A DNA stretch of 64,000 nucleotides. Source: Planctomycetota bacterium (lineage in GTDB: Bacteria > Planctomycetota > UBA8108 > UBA1146 > JAJFFE01). Of this stretch, positions 1 to 11,700 are shown in pieces (the first letter of the stretch is position 1; each line of letters starts with the position of its first letter). The notes under the pieces were generated by a model. It searched no databases. It saw nothing but the letters and a program-made list of their open reading frames with translations, and had not been told where the DNA came from. The stretch lies in contig JBCCHQ010000008.1 of NCBI GenBank assembly GCA_039028735.1, forward strand, positions 6,955-70,954, in the 5' to 3' direction. The position numbers and the translations under genes are program-made.

Positions 1-2521
1 CAACGGCAAAAGCCCGCCGCAGATCGTGTTGTTCTCACCGCTGGCGCACGAGTACCTCCGCGACCCGAATCTTCCGACCGGTGTAGAGAACAACAAACGT
101 CTCTCGGCCTATGCGCAAGTCACCGCAGCAGTCGCTGAATCTCACGGTCTCCCCTACGTCGACCTGTTCGCTCACTCGAGCGAGATCTTCGACGATCCCG
201 CGCGATTGACGATCAACGGGATCCATTTGAACAGCGAGGGCAACCGACGGATCGCCATTTACATCGTTCGCGCGCTCTTCGGCTTGAGCGCTGCCGACGA
301 TGACGAGCAACTTCGTGCGATCCGTGCCGCCGTGCTCGACAAGAACAAGCATTGGTTTCGCCGTTATCGGGCGACCGACGGTAACGATGTTTGGGGTGGG
401 CGGTCCAAGCTCACGTTCGTCGATGAACAGTCGAACAAAGATGTTCTAGCGCACGAGTTGACGATGCTCGATGTCTTGACTGCCAATCGAGACGCTCATA
501 TCTGGGCGATCGCAAGCGGCAACGACGAACACGTCATCGACGACAGCAATGTGCCTGCGCCGATCCCCGTGACTTCGAACGTCGGTGGCGGGTCGGCAAG
601 CAGCAGCGCCGACAAGGAGGGGCAGCTGCGCTACCACACGCCATCGGAAACCGTAGCCCAGCTAGTTCTCGAGCCCGGGTTGCAGGCGAACGTGTTCGCG
701 TCGGAGGAGATGTTCCCGGAGTTGGTCAATCCAGTGCAAACCGCGATCGACACCAAGGGACGCCTCTGGGTTGCTGCCTGGCCGACGTATCCGAAATGGG
801 CGCCGCTGCAGCAACAAGAAGACAAGCTGTTGATCTTGCCGGACGACGATCGTGATGGCGTCGCCGATCGAGCCATCGTCTTCGCCGAGGTCGCAAATCC
901 AACTGGGTTCGAGTTCTGGGGAGGTGGCGTCATCGTCGCCAGTGCCCCAGACTTGATCTTCCTGCGAGATACTGACGGTGACGACCGGGCCGACGTACGA
1001 ATCCCCCTCCTGCATGGCCTGGACTCAGCCGATACCCACCACGCCGCGAATGGCCTCATCTACGGCCCGGGGGGCAACCTGTACTACCAACGAGGAGTGT
1101 TTCACGTCAGTAACGTCGAGACCCCTTGGCAAACGCCGCAGCTCCATACGACCAGTGGCATGTACCGCTTCAATCCGCGCACTTTCGAGTTCTCGTTTCA
1201 CGCAACCAACAGCCCGAATCCACACGGCATTTGCTTCGATCGCTGGGGCAACCACTTTGCAACGGACGGCACAGGGGGCGCAGCCTACCAAGTCAGACCC
1301 GGCCTGCTGGACGGCTTCGAGATGCAAAAGCTCCTCGACCACACGGTGCGACCAGTCGCGGCCAGCGGTATTCTCTCGAGCGCCCACTTCCCGGCGCACT
1401 ATCAAGGCAACTTTCTGATTCTGAACACGATCGGATTCCTTGGCATCAAGCGCTACACGCTGGCAACCGACGAGGACGGCGACGTGTGGGGAACTGAAGC
1501 TGCCAACCTGCTGGTATCTCCAACCGATCGCAACTTCCGGCCGACCGACCTGGAGATCGGCGACGACGGAGCCCTCTACGTGGCGGATTGGCAAAACGTC
1601 ATCATCGGCCACATGCAGCATCACGTGCGCGATCCGAACCGCGATCACGAGCATGGACGCGTCTATCGGATCGTCGCTGCGAACCGACCCATGCTTCCGC
1701 ATACGAAGGTGGATGGCGCGCCGATCCCGACGCTCCTCGATCGCTTGACCGATCCCACGAACGGGATCCGCCATCGAGCCCGTATTGAACTGAGCGAGCG
1801 CGACACACAGGAAGTCATGGTTGCTCTTGCCCAGTGGCGCAAACAATGGGATGCAACGCGCCGCGAGCACGCTGGGCCGCTGCTAGAAGCACTCTGGGTG
1901 CAGCAGCAACACAACGTCCGTAACCTACCACTAATGAGAAACTTACTGCGATCGCCGGAGGCACGGGCGCGGGTCGCGGCGGCGACGGTAGAACGTTTCT
2001 GGAGCGGGACCGCTCGCACGGACGCGACCATGGCCGAGGACCCGACGCCACGCCCCCAGACCACACCGGTCGCCCAGCTAAAGGCGCGTGGCTTTGGTAG
2101 AGCCGACCTGGACTCCTATGCCCGAGGGGCACAAATCTACGTCCGCGAATCCCACTGTGTGACCTGCCACCAGCTCGACGGCAGCGGCACCGAGAACGGT
2201 TACCCTCCGATCGTCGAGAACGATTGGGTCCTCGGTGACGAAGAGCGATTGATCAAACTCACGCTACGCGGGTTGACCGGGGAGCTGCAACTCGACGGCG
2301 TCACCTACAACGCCGCGGCCAGCAATCTGCCGCCGATGACGGCGTTTCGCGATCTTCTCGACGACGAAGAGGTGGCCGCCGTCTTGACCTACGTGCGCAA
2401 CAGCTTCGGCAACGTCGCGGCCCCAGTTTCCGCGGCGCAGGTGAAGCGAGTTCGCGAATCGATCGAGAACTGGGGGACTCCCTACACCGTCGAAGAGCTG
2501 CTGGCTCCGACCAGGCGGTAA
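1..2521 (+). CDS. 5'-partial multidomain protein: SGNH-hydrolase-like end, beta-propeller dehydrogenase-like region, HEAT-like region and C-terminal c-type cytochrome domain
   Basis: ORF 26..2521 is open to the window edge (frame 2). An HCVTCH (CxxCH) haem-binding motif lies at ~nt 2152-2169. The architecture matches planctomycete/verrucomicrobial 'membrane-bound dehydrogenase domain + putative haem-binding domain' proteins. Confidence 0.75.
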   Translation, partial: NGKSPPQIVLFSPLAHEYLRDPNLPTGVENNKRLSAYAQVTAAVAESHGLPYVDLFAHSSEIFDDPARLTINGIHLNSEGNRRIAIYIVRALFGLSAADDDEQLRAIRAAVLDKNKHWFRRYRATDGNDVWGGRSKLTFVDEQSNKDVLAHELTMLDVLTANRDAHIWAIASGNDEHVIDDSNVPAPIPVTSNVGGGSASSSADKEGQLRYHTPSETVAQLVLEPGLQANVFASEEMFPELVNPVQTAIDTKGRLWVAAWPTYPKWAPLQQQEDKLLILPDDDRDGVADRAIVFAEVANPTGFEFWGGGVIVASAPDLIFLRDTDGDDRADVRIPLLHGLDSADTHHAANGLIYGPGGNLYYQRGVFHVSNVETPWQTPQLHTTSGMYRFNPRTFEFSFHATNSPNPHGICFDRWGNHFATDGTGGAAYQVRPGLLDGFEMQKLLDHTVRPVAASGILSSAHFPAHYQGNFLILNTIGFLGIKRYTLATDEDGDVWGTEAANLLVSPTDRNFRPTDLEIGDDGALYVADWQNVIIGHMQHHVRDPNRDHEHGRVYRIVAANRPMLPHTKVDGAPIPTLLDRLTDPTNGIRHRARIELSERDTQEVMVALAQWRKQWDATRREHAGPLLEALWVQQQHNVRNLPLMRNLLRSPEARARVAAATVERFWSGTARTDATMAEDPTPRPQTTPVAQLKARGFGRADLDSYARGAQIYVRESHCVTCHQLDGSGTENGYPPIVENDWVLGDEERLIKLTLRGLTGELQLDGVTYNAAASNLPPMTAFRDLLDDEEVAAVLTYVRNSFGNVAAPVSAAQVKRVRESIENWGTPYTVEELLAPTRR

Positions 2522-2649
2522 CGCTCCCCGTCCACAACCGGGCCGGACGATCGATGGTCACTCCCCCCCGTCGACTTGCAGAACTGCAACGAATCTCACT
2601 TTGAGAACTGCCAACCCCAGCGCGCTACGGCAAGCATTCTCGCAAGAGG

Positions 2650-2677
2650 TTGGCTCTGGCAACTCTCGCCGTACAAT
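2650..2677 (+). promoter_or_regulatory. Sigma-70-like promoter candidate TTGGCT-N16-TACAAT upstream of giant gene
   Basis: Lies in a 237-nt lower-GC leader, ~85 nt upstream of ATG 2759. Confidence 0.35.
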
Positions 2678-2758
2678 TACGGGTCGTACTCTATGGGTCG
2701 AATCATCAGTGCAACAAGATACTCGAACTCCGGGATTCACGTTCCGAGGAGGAGCTCC

Positions 2759-5700
2759 ATGTTTCGCGTCACGCGCCATCTCGTCATATGTGCCATGACA
2801 CTTCTGCTGTCGCTCGGCTCGGGTGGACCTGGGTCCGCTCAAACCGCATCCGCGCAGCCTGCCCTAGCGGCCCCCGTGCAGATGCGCGGGCACGAGACTG
2901 CGCACGGCGTGCAGCTACGCTGGCTCAACTCCGCCAAGTACGACTCGCTGCAGATCCTGCGCAACGGCGACCCGATCGCGACGCTGCCAGGTGATGCCAG
3001 CGACTACTTTGACGGCGCCGCTTCGACCGGCTGCAACCACTACGATCTGCTGGCAACAACCGGAGGCATCAGCGCGAGCCCGATCGCTCACACCGTGCTG
3101 GTCGCCGGCGACCGCACCGACTTGATCTGGGCACCGGCCGGCACCGTTGGCGGTCTCACGGACAGCGCCCGGATGCTGTACCGAACGCTGCAGGCCAACG
3201 GACGCCATCCGCTGCGAATCACGACCCTTCCAGCCGGCGCGGACCTGGCACCGTTCGACTCGGTCTGGGTCACCCTCGGTACCTTCCCGTACAACCACGT
3301 GTTGACGCCGCAAGAGTCACAGGTGCTGCTCGACTACACGTCGGGGCCAGAGCGTGTGCTGTACCTAGAGGGTGGCGATACTTGGTTCGATGATCCTGCA
3401 ACGCCACTCCATGACCTCTTCGGTGCTTACGCTACTGACGGGGGTGACGCCGACTTGACGACACAGTTTGGTACCACGAACCTCTGCTTGATCGTCCTCG
3501 ACGCCGACTACGTTGGCGAACAAGAGAGCATCGATCGTTTGGCACCCAGCACTCACGGCGTACCGTTGTTGCGCAATGACATTCCTGCGTATGACACAGT
3601 CGTCCTGCGCCAATTGCCGCACGGCTCCTACACGGTTGCTGCGAGCCACGAGTTCGGTGGCCTCGAGCCAATCGCCGGTGATCTCGCGGGCCTGATGGAG
3701 CTCTACCTCGATTGCCTCGACATTCGCCGTCCGCACCAATTGGAACTGCATTCGATCGCACCGATACGGGGCCTGTCGACCGGTGGCGAACGGGTCACGC
3801 TGCAGGGCAGCTTCTCGCGCCAAACGCAGGTCTTCTTCGGCGGCGTACCAGCCACCAACTTCGTGTACATCGATCACGACACCGTCGAAGTCGTCGCCCC
3901 GGCGAATGTTGCTGGCCTCGTAGACGTCACCGCCAGCGACGCGCTGGGAAGCACGTCGCTGTTGCAGGCTTTTGAGTACCTGCCGGCGCCGATCGCGACC
4001 CATGCCAATTCCTCCAGTGGTGCCCTGGCATTCGGTCCCGGCAACATGCCGACAGTACAGAGCGGTACGCTTTCAACGAACGGCAACGGCGTATTCACTG
4101 CGACCATCGCTGCGGTCGACACCAGCCGTGCGTTCCTGATCTTCAACGCCCGCCACAACAACTCGGATCCGGACGGATCCATGTTGCGCGGACGCATCGC
4201 GTCCTCGACGTCAGTAGAGTTCGCTCGTGTGACCAATGGCGGTGACGTCATTGACGTGCAGTGGTATGTCGTTGAGTACCCGGCCGGCGTCATCAGCGTG
4301 CAGCGTGGCACGATCCCGACCATGAACTCGACGACGATCGACGTCGGAATCACGCCCGTCGACTTGGACCAGGCGTTCGTGACTTGGTCGAAGACACCCG
4401 CTGCAACCGATTCCTCCTGGGGATCGAACGACCCCATCCTGATGGAGCTCACGGCCACCGACAACTTGCAGCTGCGCGTGGCGGGCACCCACTCCGCCCA
4501 CGTAATCTGGTGGCAGGTCGTCGAATTCACAAATGCCGCAGACATCTTGGTTCAGCGCGGCACGACCTCCCTGACTGCAGGGCTCTCGTCGGTCGACGTA
4601 ACGCTCGGCACTGCAATCGACACTGATCAGACCTTCTTGATGACGGGCTTCACGAGTGGTGACGGTGGTTCCGACATCGGCTCGCGCATGCTTCGCGGCC
4701 AAGTCATCGACAGCGACACCATCCGCTTCGACCGCGATCTCACGTCGGACGACATTGACGAGATCGCGTGGCAAGTCGTCGAGCTGCGAGACGGCTCGAC
4801 GGTCCAACGCGGAAGCGCCTCATTCGCATCTGGCGTCTCTCAAACGTCCGAGGCTTTGACAGCAGTCGATCTGACACGCGCCGTCGCCTTCGCCTCCGCG
4901 CAGCCAGACGCTGGTCTGAGCATGGGCAAGACGGCCTACAGCGGTAATGACATCACTGGCGTCGGCTGTGCCACGCTGTCGTTGTCGACAACCTCTGTCA
5001 CATTGGAACGCAACAACACGTCGTCGACCGCAGATATCGGGTGGTTCGTCGTCGAGTGGGGTAGCGGCATTCTGCCGCCCAGCATCGCGACAGTATCGCC
5101 GAACAACGGCACACCGTTCGGCGGCGACACGGTGACGATCACCGGTAGTGAGTTCACAGCGGACGCCGTCGTCAGCTTCGATGGCATCGCAGCAGCAACG
5201 ACGTTTGTGAACACCAACACGCTTACAGCAACGACTCCAGCCCATGCTTCTGGATCTGTCGACGTCACCGTCGCCGGAAGCACTGGATCAGACACGCTGA
5301 GCAACGGTTTCACGTACAATCCAGCCCCGTCTCTCTCCGCTGTTTCGCCGACGAGTGGTACGCCGCTCGGTGGTGATACGCTGACAGTGACAGGCAGCAG
5401 CTTCACAGCGGACGCAAGCTTGACAGTCGACGGGGTCGCTGTCGCCACGACGTTCGTCAACTCGACGACCCTGACTGCAGTCACCGTTGCGCACGCGCCG
5501 GGCACCGTCGACGTCGCTGTGTCGAACCTCAACGGCTCCGACAGCCTCAGCAATGCCTTTACGTTCCTGACACCGCCCGCGATCACGACGATCGCGCCCA
5601 CCAGCGGTACGCCGCTGGGCGGCGAGACTCTAACGGTGACTGGAACAAACTTCACGGCGGACGCTACGATCGCGATCGACGGCGCCGTGCAAACGACGAC

Positions 5701-8700
5701 TTTCGTCAGCGCGACGACGCTCACGGCCGTAACCCCTGCTCATGCACCGGGCGCCGTCGACGTAACCGTCGCGAGCGTCAACGGCTCAGACACCCTGAGT
5801 AACGGCTTCACGTACCAGCAGCCCCCTGACATCACAGGCGTTCTTCCAAACGATGGGTCGCCGCTCGGCGGTGACAGCGTGACGATCACGGGGAGCAACT
5901 TCACAGCGGGCACAACCGTGGCCTTCGACGGCGTTACCATCCCGACGACTTTCGTCAACACCGTGACTCTGACCGTCACGACACCGCCCCACGCACCTGG
6001 GTTCGTACCCGTCAGCGTAACGAACGCCAACGGCTCCGACACTCTTGCGTTCGGCTTCACTTACAACAACCCACCTTCGATCAGTTCAGTCGCGCCGAGC
6101 AATGGAACCCCATTGGGTGGCGACACGGTCACAGTGTCGGGGTCGAACTTCACGCCGACCACGACCGTGAGCTTCGACGGGATCGCTGCGGCGACGACCT
6201 ATGTGACGACCACGTCTCTCACAGCCGTGACTCCGGCGCACGCCACAGGAACGGTTGACGTGGCCGTAGCCAACGTCAACGGCACCGACACCCTGGCTGC
6301 AGCGTTCACGTATGACGCCGGCCCAGTCTTGACCAGCTTGACGCCAACCAATGGTCCACCCGCCGGAGGCGTGACCGTCACCGTAACGGGATCCAACTTC
6401 ACGGCGGATGCGACGGTCTCGTTCGACGGCACGAACGCGACAACGAGTTTCGTGAACAGCACGACGCTGACCGCGTCCTCCCCGGCGCATGCTCCGGGAA
6501 CCGTGAACGTGACTGTCACGAGTATCAACGGCAGTTCGACCCTGACAGCGGCTTTCACGTACGACAACCCACCGAGCATCAGTAGCATCTCGCCGGCGAA
6601 CGGGACGCCACTCGGAGGAGACACGGTCAACGTCTCCGGGGCCGACTTCACCCCTTCCACAACAGTCTCCATCGACGGTGCAACCGTCGCGACGACCTTC
6701 CTCAGCGCCACGACGCTGACCGCTGTCACGGCAGCACACGCACCAGGGACCGTCGACGTCGCGGTCGCGAACGTCAATGGGGCCGACACCTTGCCGAACG
6801 CATTCACGTTCGACAGTCCCCCCGACGTGACCGGCGTTACCCCTTCGAACGGGTCCCCTCTGGGTGCTGAGAACATCACCGTCAGTGGCGCCAACTTCAC
6901 AGCCGACGCTGTGGTCTTCATCGACGGCATTGCAGCGGCGACAACCTTCGTCAGCAGCACGACGCTCACCGCAACGACACCGGCACACGCGCCTGGAGTC
7001 GTCAACGTGTCGGTATCCAACATCAACGGCTCTGACACCGTGATCGCGGCATTCAACTACGACAACCCACCCAGTCTCGCCAGCTTGGCACCAACCAATG
7101 GCAGCCCACTGGGCGGCGACACGGTCACAGTTACCGGAGCCGACTTCACACCAGATGCCACCGTCACTGTCGACGGTACCGCCGTCGCAACGACTTACGT
7201 CAACGCGACGACACTCACGATCACGACACTGGCCCATGCTCCGGGCGCAGTCGACGTCGCTGTGTCCAGCTTGAACGGCTCTGACACGCTGCTGGGTGCG
7301 TTCACGTACGACGAACCGCCGACTCTGACAGCGGTGAACCCTAACAACGGCCCTCCGGCAGGTGGTCAGACGGTCACCGTCACAGGGACCAACTTCACGG
7401 CCGATGCAGTCGTGGCCTTCGACGGGATAGCCGCCACGACGACGTTCGTGAGCGCGACGAGCCTGACAGCATTGACCCCGGCACACAGCAATGGGGTTGT
7501 CGATGTCAGCGTCTCGAACCTCAACGGGAGTGCAACGCTGGCTGCGATCTACACGTACAACGACGCGCCATCGATTGCGTCGCTAGCGCCAGCCAACGGC
7601 ACACCACTCGGCGGTGACACGGTCACGATCACCGGGTCTGGGTTCACCGGAGACGCGGCCGTCACTTTCGACGGAATTACAGCAGCGACCACCTTCGTCA
7701 GCACGACGACGCTGACAGTGATCACGCCAGCCCACGCCCCGGGCACTGTCGATGTCATGGTGACGAACATCAACGGCAGCGACACGCTCGCAGCCGGCTT
7801 CATTTACGATACCCCCCCAATCTTGACGAGTGTCTCGCCGGCGAGCGGCACTCCACTCGGCGGTGACACGCTGACGATCTCGGGGGCGAATTTCACACCG
7901 GATACAACGGCCACTGTCGATGGAATGGCAACGGCGACCACCTTCGTCAACACGACCACGGTCACTGTCGTCACAGCCCCCCATGCTCCGGGCGCGGTCG
8001 ACATCGCCGTAACCAACACGAATGGCTCTGCCACACTGACCGATGCCTTCACGTTCAATGCACCGCCAACGATTGCGACGGTCTCGCCGTCGAACGGCTC
8101 ACCCCTCGGCATGCAGACGATCACCGTCACAGGTACCGGATTCACTCCGGACGCCGTCGTTGCCGTGGATGGCATGGCGCTCAGCACGATCTACGTGTCG
8201 CCAACGACTCTGCTCGCCACGACCCTGGCGAATGCGCCCGGTGTAGTCGACGTCGCGGTCTCGAACGTCAATGGCTCGGCCACACTGGCGGGTTCATTCA
8301 CGTATGACAGTCCGCCAACGATTCAAAGCGTCACACCCAATTCCGGGACCCCGCTCGGTGGCGAAGTCGTGACGGTCACCGGCACGAACTACACGCCTGG
8401 GACGCTCGCATTGTTCGGCGGCGTTGTTGCGGCGACGACCTTCGTCGATGCCACTACGCTGACGGCGACAACCCCCGCTCATGTGCCTGGCAGCTTCGTC
8501 GTGAACGTCGTCAACACCAACGGCAGCGGTAGCCTGTTCGCTGGCTACACGTACGACGACTACGCAACGATCGCAGCCGCGGCCCCGTCCAGCGGCACGC
8601 CGTTGGGCGGCACGGCCGTCACACTAACCGGCACTGGCTTCACGGGGACGACTTCCGTGACGTTCGGAGGCGTGCCAGCCGCCAGCGTGACGTTCGTGAA

Positions 8701-11700
8701 CTCAACGACTCTGATCGCCGTCACGGCCCCTCAAGCCTCAGGCACGGTCAACATCGTGATCGCGAATGCCAACGGTACTGACACCCTGACGGGCGGCTTC
8801 ACGTTCGATTCAGTCCCAGCAATCTCGAGCGTCGCGCCGAGCGCTGGAACACCCTTCGGTGGAGACACACTGACGGTGGTCGGTACGAACTTCACTGCCG
8901 ACGCTGTCGTCAGCATCGACGGCACGAATCTCGTGACAACCTTCGTCAGCCCGACCATTCTGACCGCCGTAACCGCAGCTCATGCACCTGGGACCGAGAA
9001 CGTGACGGTCACGAACGTCAACGGCTCGGCAACTCTTCCGGGTGCATTCACGTTCGATAGTCCTCCAACACTCGCGACGGTTGCCCCACTAAACGGAACA
9101 CCGCTTGGTGGCGATCTTCTGACTTTGACCGGTGCCAACTTCACCGCGTCCACTTCGGTCACGATCGATGGAGCTGCTACACCGGCAACGTTTGTCAGCA
9201 GCACGACTCTGACGGTCGTCACGGCGCCGCACGCGCCAGGCACCGTCGACGTCGCTGTAGCAAACGTCAACGGATCAGACACGCTCTCGGGCGCCTTCAC
9301 GTACGACAGCCCTCCTGCTCTCACCAGCGTGGCACCGGCCAACGGTACACCGCTCGGCGGGGATACGCTGACCCTAACCGGGTCGGCGTTCACGCTGGGC
9401 ACCGACGTCTTGATCGATGGCAGCGTCGCGGTTTCCACATTCGTGAGTTCGACAACGCTGACTGTGGTGACCCCTGCACATGCGCCGGGTAGCGTCGACG
9501 TGGCAGTGACCAACGTCAACGGCTCAGCCACACTCGCTGCCAGTTTCACGTACGACGCACCGCCGCAGATCACCAGCGTTGCGCCGAGCGTCGGCACGGC
9601 TCTCGGTGGCCAGACCGTGACTGTAAACGGTAGCAACTTCACCGCAGACGCCGCCGTCGCTTTCGACGGCGTTACCGCAGCGACCAGCTTTGTCGACAGC
9701 AACACCCTGACGGCGATCACGCCGGCACACGCTGCAGGGGCCATCGATGTCAGCGTCATGAACCTGAACGGTACGGCAACCCTTGCGACCGGCTACAACT
9801 ACGTAGACCCGCCGACCTTGGCGAGCGTATCGCCGACCAGCGGCTCGCCTCTCGGTGGAGAAATCGTCACGATCTCGGGTGCAAACTTCACCCTGGGCAG
9901 TGTCGTCACCGTCGACGGTACGGCTGCCGCCGCGAGTTTCGTCGACTCTGGCACGATAACGATTACCACACCGCCACACGCTCCCGGCGCAGTGGACATC
10001 GGCGTGAGTAACTCGATCGGCAGCGACACGCTCTCACTTGCCTTCACCTACAATACTCCCCCGGGCTTGACGGCCGTGACACCGACAAACGGCACCCCGC
10101 TGGGCGGGGACACACTGACGATCTCGGGTACCAACCTAACCGCTGACAGCGTCGTCAGCATCGACGGGACAGCGGTAGCAACCACGTTCGTCAGCGCGAC
10201 GACACTCACCGCCGTAACGGTTGCGCACGCACCCGGCTTGGTCGATATCAGCGTTGCCAACGTCAATGGTGCGAGCGTGCTTGCAAGCAGCTTCACGTTC
10301 GACAACCCGCCGTCGGTGACTTCAGTATCTCCTGGTGCTGGTAGCCCTCTGGGCGGACAGACGATCACGATATCGGGTGTGAATTTCACAGCTGACGCCA
10401 CGGTGTCTTTCGATGGAATCGCCGCCGCAACGACTTTCGTCGACAGCATGACCCTGAGCGCCGTGACACCTGCACACGCGCCGGGAGCCGTCGATGTTAC
10501 GGTCACCAACCTCAACGGTAGCGCTACACTCTCGGGTGGATTCGCATTCAACGGGCCGCCAGTGGCTACTGGGATCTCTCCGTCTGATGGTAGCCAGGTT
10601 GGCGGTGACACCGTGACGATCACGGGTACCGGATTCATCGGCGATGAGACCGTGACGTTCGACGGGATCGCGGCAACTACCGTGAACTTCATCAACGGCA
10701 GCACGATCACGGCCGAAACGCCGCCGCATACCGCTGGCTTTGTCGACGTCGCCGTATCCAACGTCAACGGCACATCGACGCTCGTTGGCGCATTCGAGTA
10801 CTTGTCGACGCCGACCATCACGTCGTTGAGCCCGACCGAGGGCAGTTCGTTGGGTGGCACCACGGTCACGCTTACGGGAAGCAACTACATTGGTGGCGAG
10901 ACCGTCACATTCGACGGTATCCCTGCTCCATCAGTCACCCTGATCAACTCGACGACACTCGACGTTGTCACTCCCCCACACGCACCAGGTGCTGTCACGG
11001 TCGCGGTTTCAAACGTGAACGGCTCCGGCGCACTACCGCTGAGCTTCACGTACGAGGCCCCACCAGCGCTCAGCGGGTTGACACCGCCGTCGGGGTCGCC
11101 ACTGGGAGTGACCACGGTCGTCGTGATGGGCAGCGGCTTTGACAATGCAACTGTAGTGACCTTCGATGGGCTGCTGCCAGCAACCACGACCTTCATAGAC
11201 TCTTCGAACATCGAGGTTGTCGCACCCGCACACATTCCTGGCTTCGTCGACGTCACGGTAACGAACTCAAACGGTTCCGATACGGCTCTCGGCGCATTCC
11301 TCTACGAGTCGCCGCCGCAGACGCTGTTCGTGGCTCCGATCGTGGGAACGTCGTTGGGTGGAGATACGGTCACCGTAACCGGGATGGATTTCACGCCGGA
11401 CTCGGTGGTTCTGTTCGGCGCGACGCCAGCGGCCACGACCTATATTGACGCGACGACCCTCGAGGCCGTCACACCACCGCAGCCCGGTGGCTTGACGGAC
11501 GTGAGCGTCACCAACGCGAATGGGAACTCGGTACTCCCCAACGCGTTCACGTTCCAAGCGACGCTGTTCGTCACGGTCGTGACACCCGGCCAAGGCCCCG
11601 TTGCGGGAGGCACCACTGTTTCTGTCGTGGGTACAGGCTTCCAAGGAAATGAGGTCGTGCTCTTCGATGGCATCCCAGCTACTTCGCTGACGCTGATCAA

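Noticed and set aside
4936-11256. Many long minus-strand ORFs (e.g. 4936..5724, 6086..7486, 8980..9759, 10048..10884) inside the giant gene
   Set aside because: They are antisense to a strongly supported repeat-encoding frame and their translations are low-complexity (Val/Thr/Ala/Arg-rich mirror images of the repeats). They are artefacts of high GC and repeat periodicity.
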